Source: Tubiluchus corallicola
Taxonomy: Eukaryota; Animalia; Priapulida
DNA: 41,697 nt
Assembly: GCA_030141605.1 (NCBI GenBank)
Contig: JAQGDQ010001427.1
Span: 1-41,697 of the forward strand
Reading direction: 5' to 3'
In this document: in pieces, positions 1-16,790 of the stretch
Layout: every line of letters starts with the position of its first letter
Numbering within the stretch: position 1 is the stretch's first letter
The notes under the pieces: generated by a model
Database searches by the model: none
What the model saw: only the letters and a program-made list of their open reading frames with translations
What the model was told of the DNA's origin: nothing
Program-made: the position numbers and the translations under genes

Positions 1-100
1 TATAAATTATTCTTTTATGATAACGATAGTGTATGAAACATAATTTAATACAGTATGATGTAATAATTTTGAGGTCACTGTGTGCTTAACGTCATTATAT

Positions 101-589
101 CAGGGGTGTGCAAATTATCTGACTAGCCGGGCCACATTAAACTTTCCCGCAATTCCTGCGGGCCACAGGCAGTTTGATCAGGGAGCCAAGTACAGAAAGG
201 CCTAATAACAATTTTTTTGCATCCGACCTGCATACATCATTACTACTGCACTACTACACTCAAGAAACTATTTAGAAGTTATTAAAATTTATATTACAAA
301 CCACATATTTCTACTTTTGGGACAGATAGTGGTAATTTCATTACAATGCATATTAGTAATGTGTATCACACAGTCTGTGTAGTACACTAACATTAAGCTA
401 CAACCGTCTTGTAAAGGTTAATGGCATCCGATCTAGTAGAAAAAACTACCCGCACTATCTTTGGGATCGTGGCACGGACTTCGGCTGGATACACTCAATT
501 AATCGCCCGGGCCGCACTTTCATTAAGTTGACAAATCTCTTCGCGGGCCGCACAAATTCTCTCGGCGGGCCGCAATTTGCACACCCCTG
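101..589. mobile_element. Non-autonomous hAT (Charlie-like) MITE
   Basis: Perfect 16-bp TIRs CAGGGGTGTGCAAATT/AATTTGCACACCCCTG, exact 8-bp TSD CATTATAT (93-100, 590-597), subterminal GGGCCGC/GGGCCAC repeats. Confidence 0.93.
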
Positions 590-989
590 CATTATATTGT
601 ACTGAATGTGATAATAATAATAAATAAATGAAAAAAAAACCTTATATTTTTCCACAAATTAATTGCCGATTAAGGATTTAAATAAGTGTATCAGTTCATA
701 TTTTGCTATACATACTCATTTATTTCTTGTTCATCTTTGCTTCATTGTTTAACATTGTTGAAGTTTCTTCTAATGGTGCTTTTTTCTGTGTCTAAGGACT
801 ACCAGCCAGGTGCTTCTGCAAGGCACAGATATCACACGTGCAAACCAAACGTGGCAAGCCTCCAAAATCACCACCTGGTAGTTTTAAACAGCATTCGCCA
901 TGCGGCGCCAAACTGGCCCCAGATTCACACTTGCTTCAACCACCAATTAGTCATGGATATTTTGCTAATTTGGCATGTTGTTATAAACT

Positions 990-1665
990 GCATTTGGTGC
1001 AACAATCTCCATGGCATTCAGATTATTTCGTTCATTCACTACTGTCACATTAAAATGTATATTTACGAATGTCAAAACCTGACCGCTCTTCAAACAGTTT
1101 TAAATTATGTCCTCTAGTTTTAGAATCAACAACTAAATTAAAGAATTTTTCAGGCAAAATGTCTTCTTTCCTAGTCAATATTTTGTAAACCTCAGTAAAA
1201 TCTCCATGACGTCTTCTTAATTCAAGCGTGGTAAAACTGCAATGCTTCAATTTTTCTAAATATTTCAGTATTTTGTAAACCTCAGTAAAATCTCCATGAT
1301 GTCTTCTTAATTCAAGCGTGGTAAAACTGCAATGCTTCAATCTTTCTAAATATTTCAGTATTTTGTAAACCTCAGTAAAATCTCCATGATGTCTTCTTAA
1401 TTCAAGCGTGGTAAAACTGCAATGCTTCAATTTTTCTAAATATTTCAGTATTTTGTAAACCTCAGTAAAATCTCCCCGATGTCTTCTTAATTCAAACGTG
1501 GTAAAACTGCAATGCTTCAATCTTTCTAAATATTTCAGTATTTTGTAAACCTCAGTAAAACCTACACGATGTCTTCTTAATTCAAGCGTGGTAAAACTGC
1601 AATGCTTCAATTTTTCTAAATATTTCAGTGTCTTAATAGTTTCTAGCATCTTCTTTGTTATACAG
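990..1665 (-). mobile_element. CR1-type LINE ORF2 3' fragment containing a 90-bp x5 internal tandem amplification
   Basis: Translation YLEKLK..FTTLELRR.RGDFTEVYKIL...KFF....TRGHNLKLF.ERS.FDIRKY matches the CR1 ORF2 C-terminus. The 90-bp unit repeats at 1179-1628. Confidence 0.85.
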
Positions 1666-1714
1666 CCTTTTTGTTCTGTTATTTACATGTAACAATGGAG
1701 GTTTTTGGTTTCAG

Positions 1715-3912
1715 TTTGGGGTAATACATGGTACTTATCTTGCACTAAAGTACATGGGCAAATGTAATGGTGGTAAAGGAGGAGTAATTATCAATACTGC
1801 TTCAATGCATGGTAAAGTATGTTTTCGTGATTTCTTATGAGAATGCCATGTTGTCAGTTTTTGTAAATCTAGTTTCGTAATGGAACAGAAAAGTAATGGG
1901 TAGATATTATGGTCACTCTGAGCTGATTTCATTGTGTACAACTGCTTTACTTCGTTACTTTTAACTGTTATTGATTGAGCGATCCTTAAGGAAGGTTAGC
2001 AGATAGATGGGATCTCTCCCGGAAAACGGTTATCTGCACCAGGTGTTTATTTCGTTGAGGGATGATGTGTTCTCACATTGGGTGCCTCTTTCTCTTTCTC
2101 ATTTTGGAAGATTAGGCTTGGCAGTGAGTTAGGTACCGGTTCTGCCTCAACGACTTATATTAAGTACGTTTCTGGAGTCGAGTTCTAGATTCCGACTTGC
2201 AGAATGCTAAAAAAGTTTTTGTGTAGAATTAAGGTAGTAGCTAGGCTTCCAATGAAAACTGCTGCATACCTGAGGGAGCACAAAAGCTCTTACCGTAGGT
2301 GACATTTTTCCCCAAAACAGTATTTTTAGTTTCTATCTTACATTGCAGGGCTGCGGCCAATGTGGCATTTGTGTACATATACGGGTACCAAATATGCAGT
2401 GGTTGGATTTTCTCGATCAGTAGCAATGGTAAAGTAATTTCATTAAATAACAAATTTAAATCATTAAACCATTGTCATTCATCAGCATTAATATCATAAT
2501 CATTGTCATCATTATCATCAACATCATTAACATCGTCATTATAATTTTCTTGCATCTGTTTTCTTACATATTTTCCTAGTTGTTGTTAATATAATTAATT
2601 TAGTCTCATCCATTTTGAGCATAGCTGTTAAGTTAATTTCTTCTGCTACGTTCATAGGCCCGGGAAGTGGGGCGGAGCGCCGGGGGGCGGGCGCCAACCA
2701 CAAAATTTTTAAACTGCTAGAATGCCAGAGAACCATTTTCGAAGAAAAAATATGAAGTCATACAGTTGCTAAAGGAAAGAACAATTGAAAGAAAAACTGC
2801 TTTATTCTCAAGACCAGTTCTTAATACTTGTCAAATAGCAATCTTGCAATCAGGTAATCGTTCGGTGTTAGAAATTCCGAAACTGAAAACAGCTGAACAT
2901 CGGCAAGGAGCCGCACAAGGCAAACGGCGCGCATGTGGCAAGAGAGGGAGAGAGGAGGCAGTATGTTCGCATAAGGCAAAAAACGTTATCTCGGCGCGAG
3001 GCCCCCCTGGAAGGTGAGGCCCCGGGGAAGTATCCTCGCTTCCCCCATGAAATAGGCCCTGCATAGCACTGTAATGCAGTGTTAATTAGTAATTTTATAA
3101 CTTTTATTTTTGTATGTGCTAAATGGATGAATAAATAAATCTAAATCTCAGTCCAGTCAGTTAAATCCGTGTCATTACATAATTTTACACATCACGAAAG
3201 ACGTATTCAAAAATGCACATTTGTGTAGTAAGAGTTGAATTTTCTGTGCTCACAGTTCGATTTCTTACAGCTAGATGAATCAATAGTTAATAGCGGATAC
3301 GGAGTCAGGATAAACTGCCTCTGTCCTGGCTACACACCGACAGACCTCAAACCTAAATTCGTTAGTAAAGAATTCACACAAAAGGCGCTACCATGGTTAG
3401 AAGATGTTGCAGCAAACTACCCTTGCAAGTGCGTTTAATTTTATTTTTTGGTGTTTTGTATTTGTTTCATGTTAGAGTTTGCATTTTATGCTATGTTTAT
3501 TCACATTTACAAACTCTTTCCTGTGCATGCTAATGAAATATTAAAAGTGTGTAGTTTTAGATTCTTACTACTTTTCCCGTTTATTGAGTAACACTGATTT
3601 TGGACTTGCAGACAGGCGGGCATTTTCATGCATTTACAAAGTTTTAATTTCGTCAATTTTTTTTAACTGTAATTGCTGAATAAGTCGAGTGACACTCGTA
3701 GAAATATTTTTGCATCCAATTTATCGTATCTTGATTTGCATCGTGTCACACAAAACTTATGTGCTTTTATGTTGTCTAGGGCAGAATGGATGCAACATGC
3801 GTTTAATCGAATGGTAGAAGACGATACTCTTAATGGTGCCTGCATTATGGTGAGATGCACAGATGGTGAAACTCTGCATTATCCGGGCGACCATATCTCT
3901 TTTGCGTTTTAG
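1715..3912 (+). CDS. HPGD: 15-hydroxyprostaglandin dehydrogenase-like SDR, paralog 1 (exons 4-7 only; 5' exons not seen in the window)
   Basis: GT-AG exons 1715-1811, 2349-2428, 3271-3428, 3780-3912 splice in frame: FGVIHGTYLALKYMGKCNGGKGGVIINTASMHG / LRPMWHLCTYTGTKYAVVGFSRSVAM / LDESIVNSGYGVRINCLCPGYTPTD... / AEWMQHAF...SFAF*. Catalytic Ser and YxxxK present; GGKGGVIIN is typical of the HPGD family. Confidence 0.9.
2657..3061. mobile_element. hAT MITE, 5'-deleted counterpart of 13497-14123
   Basis: Right TIR GAAATAGGCCCTG followed by CATAGCAC; left TIR missing relative to the paralogous intron. Confidence 0.8.
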
Positions 3913-3950
3913 CCACAATTTTCAATAAATTGTTTTTTATTGTTGAGTAT

Positions 3951-4657
3951 AAATGTTAGCATGGTGGATATAAATATAGTTTGGCTTCATGAGTTTAAAT
4001 GTTAGCATAGTGGATATAAATATACTTTGGCTTCGTCAGTTTAAATGCTAGCATGGTGGATATAAATATAGTTTGGCTTCATCAGTTTAAATGTTAGCAT
4101 GGTGGATATAAATATGCTTTGGCTTCATCAGTTTAAATGTTAGCATGGTGGATATAAATATGCTTTGGCTTCATCAGTTTAAATGTTAGCATGGACTGCA
4201 TGGTGGATATAAATATAGTTTGGCTTCGTCAGGTTAAATGTTAGCATGGTGGATATAAATAAACTTTGGCTTTGTCAGTTTAAATGTTAGCACGGTGGAT
4301 ATAAATATAGTTTGGCTTCATCAGGTTAAATGTTAGCATAGGGGATATAAATATAGTTTGGCTTCATGAGTTTAAATGTTAGCATGGTGGATATAAATAT
4401 ACTTTGGCTTCGTCAGTTTAAATGTTAGCATGGTGGATATAAATATAGTTTGGCTTCATTAGGTTAAATGTTAGCATAGTGGATATAAATATACTTTGGC
4501 TTCATCAGGTTAAATGTTAGCATGGTGGTTATAAATATAGTTTGGCTTCATCAGTTTAAATGTTAGCATGATGGATATAATTATAGTTTGGCTTCGTCTG
4601 TTTAAATGTTAGCATGGTGGATATAAATATAGTTTGGCTTCATAAGTTTAAATGTTG
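3951..4657. repeat. 46-bp minisatellite (~15 copies) just after the HPGD copy 1 stop
   Basis: Unit AAATGTTAGCATGGTGGATATAAATATAGTTTGGCTTCATCAGTTT. Confidence 0.95.
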
Positions 4658-5198
4658 ATTGCTGTATCAGAACAATTCTCAACTTCTGTTTTTATTTTTT
4701 GTTTATTTTCTTGGTTTTAATAAGCAAAGCAACAAAATTTGGACGGCAAAATTAGCATAGACGTCCGGTTTAATTTTCAAATAGTTTCTTCTGGAATTAA
4801 TACCGTATGGATAATCGCTTGAACATCCTAGTGTGTTTACAAGTCTAATAACCTGTTTTCTTATTTTTCTTGATTTGCAAATAAATTCTCTTTATCATCA
4901 ATATTTCGTTTGCAAAAACAAATGTCCAAATTTAAATGTCTCCATGATCAAGTGTACTCTCTAAGCTCCTCATTGGATCTAATGAAACCACTGCAGTGGA
5001 TGCAGTGGATTTCTTGGATCCTGCAGTGGTTTCATTAGATCCAGTACAATCCCACTAGAATAGCAGGTATTCTGAAGAAGGAAGGTGCGGATACGTACGC
5101 CAGAATATTTCTTGTGTTTCTGTTACAGATAAACATGGTCAATATCTTGAGATAAATCAATTGATACATCAGTAAAAACATAAAAACATTTTTATTAA

Positions 5199-5437
5199 AG
5201 GAAAACCGGACGACTGATTAGACTCAATCTCATTTACTGTCCAAAACATACATTTTCTTGCCTATAAAAGTTAACGATTGCTTCTTACGTTTGAATAATT
5301 AGCTTACAAAGTTAATTAACGACACCCGAACACAACTATTGCTACGTCATCATCATATGCCCATTACGTCTATTGTAGACATTGGGCGGACAGAACTCTA
5401 AAATAAAAGAAATCTGCCTTCAGACAGGTAAATGCAG
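5199..5437. mobile_element. Truncated Kolobok-like MITE (family of 30324-30871, opposite orientation)
   Basis: TTAA followed by terminus AGGAAAACCGGACGA; homologous to 16096-16338. Confidence 0.75.
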
Positions 5438-5975
5438 GAGTAATCCAGCAAAAAATGAGGGAGAGAGAGAGAGGGGGGGAGAGAGAGAGGAGAAAGACAG
5501 ACAGAGAGAGGGAGAGACAGAGAGAGAGAGAGAGCATTTTAGCTTATTTTTCACCATTGAATTTGTGCATTTTATTATAGAGAAGCATTACGTAAAGAAG
5601 CCAAGGAGATCAAAAACCAACTGATAGCAGAGAGAAAGAAAGATAAAAATGTGCAGAAAGGTGAAGACCAGCAACACGAGTCCATTTCAAATGGTATGTC
5701 ATGATGAACAAATTACTTGTGAACATGTTAGTTCTGTAGTTACGTTGTTGAATCACCATAAATGCTGCAGTTTGTTATTGTCATGATTGATTTTTAAACT
5801 CGTCTTTATATAAAAATCGATGAATTGCTATCGATCTAGAAATCTATGTGTTGCTTATACTTAAATTTCATTCTTCATTCCTAAACCTGTTTCGTGCACC
5901 ATCACAAAATCAATGTACCATGGCGGGATGCTGCAAAAGTTATTAGTTAAATTATGCGGGATGCAGCCCAGCTGC

Positions 5976-6292
5976 AAATATGCTGCTTACAATAGGAAAA
6001 AAATCACTTATGGGAAACCTTTAAATATCAAGAAAAATTCAACTCAAGTTTTTTTATTACAGGCACTTGAAAACATTTATAGTTAAAACAAAACAACAAA
6101 AATATGCTGCTTACAATAGGAAAAAATCACTTATGGGAAATCTTTAAATATCAAGAATAGTTCAACTCAAGTTTTTTTATTACAGGCACCTAAAAACATT
6201 TATAGTTAAAACAACACAACAAAAATATGCTGCTTACAATAGGAAAAAATCACTTATGGGAAATCTTTAAATATCAATATAATTCAACTCAA
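5976..6292. repeat. ~123-bp tandem repeat, ~2.6 copies
   Basis: AAATATGCTGCTTACAATAGG recurs at 5976, 6100 and 6223. Confidence 0.9.
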
Positions 6293-8049
6293 TAATCAGA
6301 GCATTCGTAGCATACATCTTGCTAACTAAATAAAATTTTAAATTACTGCATCTTGTCAGTAAGATTAAAAATACATTTTTGGCTAGTGAGTGGCGCACCC
6401 TGGAGGGTGAATCAGCAACATTATACCAATTGGCGCAAACAAGCCATTGTTCTGACATCATCCATTATACTCTGCCTATAACTTTAATTCAGTAAAAGCT
6501 GCTGCTGCTGGCTTTGCGTTAGGTAAATAAACGAACACTAGGTATAATGTTCGCGCATTGTTGATTATAAGTGGGTTTATAAGCAAAATTAGTCTATTAG
6601 TCTAGTTACATAAGTCTTTCCAGCAGGTAAGTGAAATGCAAAGTAATATAGATTTGCACGGAAAGTTTTTTGGGACATAATTTAACATTTCCTTTTCTTC
6701 CCCTGATTTATGTGGCGTAGTGACGTCATGTAATGGCAACTTCAGAACAGTATTACGGGAGATTTAAAATGAAAACAAACGAAAATTCCTTTCAATGCGA
6801 AAACGATGTGCGCATAAAATTGCTGTAAATTAGTGTAATTTTTTAAGGCGATTTTTCTGAAACCTACTTCAGGTCTTTTCTTATCCTTACTGATAACATT
6901 AGCTGCTGTCAGTATTATTAACAATCAAAACAAAGAGTTCTTAAACAAGAAATTTTCAGTAGGGGTTCGTTAAGTGGTATTAAGATTTACTGTACATAAA
7001 ATTATGTATATAAGTTTTAAACTTTGTACTTGTGTGCATTTTAATTTGACTAATTTGAGGTGGTGCTGTTTAGTATCTGTAATGTTATTGATTTTTGTGT
7101 AACTTTGACTTGTTTGAAAGCTGAAAAATATGAGAATGCCTTCATTTGTATAATATTTGTGATTATGATTTAATATAAACTCATGTCTGGGTTTGCCAGA
7201 TGAAAGCCGGAAGACGTTGGTCTCAATTTTCGTATTGTCCGTATTTACCGATACTAAGCTAATATAGTAGGCTTCGTGTATTAGACTCACAGTAATGTAG
7301 AATCAATTGCCTCAAAAATGTCTAGTACGGGCTGCTCCGATGCAAAAGTACATAAAAAGTGTCGACAATTGACTCATATAACTCGCCATAATTGATTCTA
7401 TATTTTTTCTGCACATGTTTAAATAAGATACTTTTGTGTGACTGACGAGGTTTGACTATTTTTATGTCGTCTTACTTCGTTTTGCGCACAATAATATTAC
7501 GTAGAAACAATCACGTTAAGTACAGTCATTACACGCTGCCCGGTTACACTGACGTAATGATGTAAACAAAGTGACGGCCCGCCAACTGGCGGTCAGTTCG
7601 CGAAACAACGGACTGCATCCATACAATTCGGGATTTTTTGACGGTCCGAATTTTGTCCGATTCTTCCGATATCTGTAAAAGAAAGATGTGAGTGTAGGAT
7701 GTTTCTGAAGTAAAAATAATGTCATGATTTAAAAAAGAAAAATGTGAGATTTGTTGGAGATGTAATAATCTGCTTGTAGTAATTGATAACAAAGAAATGA
7801 TGTTATGAGTAAATATTGAAGAATTGTGCATTATAAATAATACTACTATGTAAATCTTATTATCTTTACATTGTAAATTGCTATCTTTACAGTAAGAATG
7901 TTGTAAAATTGTAAATATATAAAAGTACTAAAAGATTGCTGAATAAATTAATGCATATAATTTGACTCTCAGTATTGAATGAATCATAGTATCACTTTCA
8001 TTGATAATAGTCAAAACTTTACATAGCAAAAAGCAAAATGAAGCTCCTT

Positions 8050-8591
8050 TGTGGTTGGCATCCTTCTGTCTCGGAAGACAATGGAGTGTGCGTCAAGAGA
8101 GTCAGTTACTGATCACATTGATGGAGCTGCAGCGTCGACTGTGGCTGAGCAGTCCGATCCTTGAACGTCTCCAGGGCACACGCCTGGGCAAGGTGTATGG
8201 AGATCCTGAGTTGCCCAGACAACAGGAACCCTCTCTCTTACTCCCTGGTGTAATCCAAAGGAAAGCGGAGCGATACGTTTGGCACCAGGTTGGCTGCAGG
8301 AGCTGCCGGAGTCAGTGAGCATGCTGCACTGGTCCGCCTTTGGGGCTCCACTCCTGATTTGGAAGGTTTACTCCTCTACACATGGCCGTTGGGTCACTTG
8401 ACCTTCTCCGCCCTCTAGCCGTTACACAGCTCCTCCGCCTAGTGTCAAGATACAGTGTGGGCATCCCCCGCAAGCCTACAGCACCTGGTATCCCTAGGCG
8501 GTCACGCATCCAAGTACTAACCAGGCTCTACTTTGCTTAACTTCGGTGATCAGACGAGAACCGGTGTTTTCGACATGATATGCCCGCAGTC
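8050..8591 (-). mobile_element. 5S rRNA-headed SINE (SINE3) with RTE-derived body and tail, copy A
   Basis: The reverse complement of 8472-8591 is a 120-nt 5S rRNA-like sequence with no oligo-T terminator. It continues into a ~420-nt body shared with 40349-40875; the tail encodes RSRIGLLSHSRRCS, like an RTE ORF C-terminus. Confidence 0.88.
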
Positions 8592-9019
8592 TAAATATGT
8601 TACTACATGCAATTTAGCCAGACAACAGCTATTGGCGAAACTGCCCTTCACACGTGATTTACGAACTTTGTGAAACTTATCTGCTTGCATATGTGTACAG
8701 TGTACATAAGCCTGATACTGACACGTAGTTTGCTGTGGGATTATAATACTTGCCTAGATGCGAAGAACTGAGGTATGTGAACTTTCTGTATGATATTCCC
8801 TGAGCAACGTTACTAGTTAATTTAACTACTTATTGATTCTTGTTTATGTTAGACAACAAATATTTAAAAGCATTTTATCATTATTTGCACGAGAATGCTT
8901 TATGAAATGATTGGGCGTTTCTAGTTTTTTGTAGTTGCGCTTGTGCAGGGTTTGATTTCAAAGTTTGGAGAGTTTTAGTTGACAATTTCAGGCTGAGGTC
9001 AACATTACTTCCCATAATT

Positions 9020-15081
<6,062 letters not shown>

Positions 15082-15119
15082 CAACAATTTTCAATAAATT
15101 GTTTTTTATTTTTGAGTAT

Positions 15120-15493
15120 AAATGTTAGCATGGTGGATATAAATATACTTTGGCTTCGTCAGTTTAAATGTTAGCATGATGGATATAAATATAGTTTGGC
15201 TTCATCAGGTTAAATGTTAGCATGATGGATATAAATATAGTTTGGCTTCATCAGTTTAAATGTTAGCATGATGGATATAAATATAGTTTGGCTTCGTCAG
15301 TTTAAATGTTAGCGTTGTGGATATAAATATAGTTTGGCTTCGTCAGTTTAAATGTTAGCATGATGGATATAAATATCGTTTGGCTTCGTCAGTTTAAATG
15401 TTAGCATGGTGGATATAAATATAGTTTGGCTTCATCAGTTTAAATGTTAGCATGATGGATATAAATATAGTTTGGCTTCATCAGTTTAAATGT
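15120..15493. repeat. 46-bp minisatellite (~8 copies) after the HPGD copy 2 stop
   Basis: Same unit as 3951-4657. Confidence 0.95.
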
Positions 15494-16095
15494 AAATTTG
15501 TAATTGACCAATAAAATGCCTTTGCTATTAATAAAGATTATCCAAGTTTTGCAATAAACTATGTTTATATCTGTTGATTGCTGTATTGGTCAGAACTATT
15601 CTCAACTTCTGTTTTTAATTTTTGTTTATTTTCTTGGTTTTAATAAGCAAAGCAACAAAATTTGGACAGCAAAATTAGCATAGACGTCCGGTATAATTTT
15701 CAAATAGTTTCTTCTGGAATTAATACCGTATGGATAATCGCTTGAACAGCCTAGTGTGTTTATACGTCTAATAACCTGTTTTCTTATTTTTCTTGATTTG
15801 CAAATAAATTCTCTTTATCATGAATATTTCGTTTGCAAAAACAAAATTAATGTCCAAATTTAAATGTATCCATGATCAAGTGTACTCTCATTGGATCTAA
15901 TGAAACCACTGCAGTGGATGCAGTGGATTTCTTGGATCCAGTACAATCCCACTAGAATAGCAGGTATTCTGAAGAAGGAAGGTGCGGATACGTACGCCAG
16001 AATATTTCTTGTGTTTCTGTTACAGATAAACATGGTCAATATCTTGAGATAAATCAATTGACACATCAGTAAAATCATAAAAACATTTTTATTAA

Positions 16096-16510
16096 AGGAA
16101 AACCGGACGATTGATTAGACTCATTCTCATTTACTGTCCAAAACATACATTTTCTTGCCTATAAAAGTTAACGATTGTTTCTTATGTTTGAATAATTAGC
16201 TTAGAAAGTTAATTAACGTCAACCGAACAACTATTGCTTACATCATCATCATCATCATACGCCCGTCACGTCTATTGTAGACATTGGGCAGGCAGAATTC
16301 TAAAATAAAAGAAATCTGCCTTAGACAGGTAAACGCAGCAGAAACTAACCACAGCTTGCGCAATGACAGGCATCTTCCCTGCACGTCAAGCACGTTTGCG
16401 TAAGCGAAGATTGCCATAAGATGTTGATGTGATGTCACAAAAATAAGCTCTACGTCACACTGACGTTCAGACGAACACTGCAGTTCATGATCATGCGTAA
16501 CACGGTACCA
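16096..16510. mobile_element. Kolobok-like MITE, partial
   Basis: TTAA followed by AGGAAAACCGGACGATTG; reverse-complement similarity to ~36070-36394. Confidence 0.8.
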
Positions 16511-16790
16511 TAGATATACGTAGCCAGAATATTTCTTGGTTTGTTTACTTCAAGGATCTTCAGATAACTCAAATGATTAGTCAGTAAAATCATATTTTTT
16601 ATTAATCAGTCAATTGTTCAAACAAATTAATCACACGAAAGTGCCTTAATATCATAATTAATGTGCTTTGTAAATAATATAGAATATAAAAAATCAAATT
16701 TTATGAGTAACATAGATTAAAAACAATATAGAAATTTAATTGCAAATCACCGAAATTTCTATCACACATTAAAACTAGTAAGTTAAAATT

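Noticed and set aside
3951-4657. Tandem hammerhead ribozymes (CTGAYGA on the - strand of the 46-bp unit)
   Set aside because: No GAAA core or stem II; the T/C variation is explained by CpG decay.
8472-8591. Functional 5S rRNA gene
   Set aside because: No oligo-T terminator, carries substitutions, and is fused to a body shared with a TSD-flanked second copy, so it is a SINE head.
8700-8991. 5' non-coding exon of HPGD copy 2 (donor at 8773, acceptor at 8991)
   Set aside because: The splice signals are plausible but cannot be supported without transcript data.
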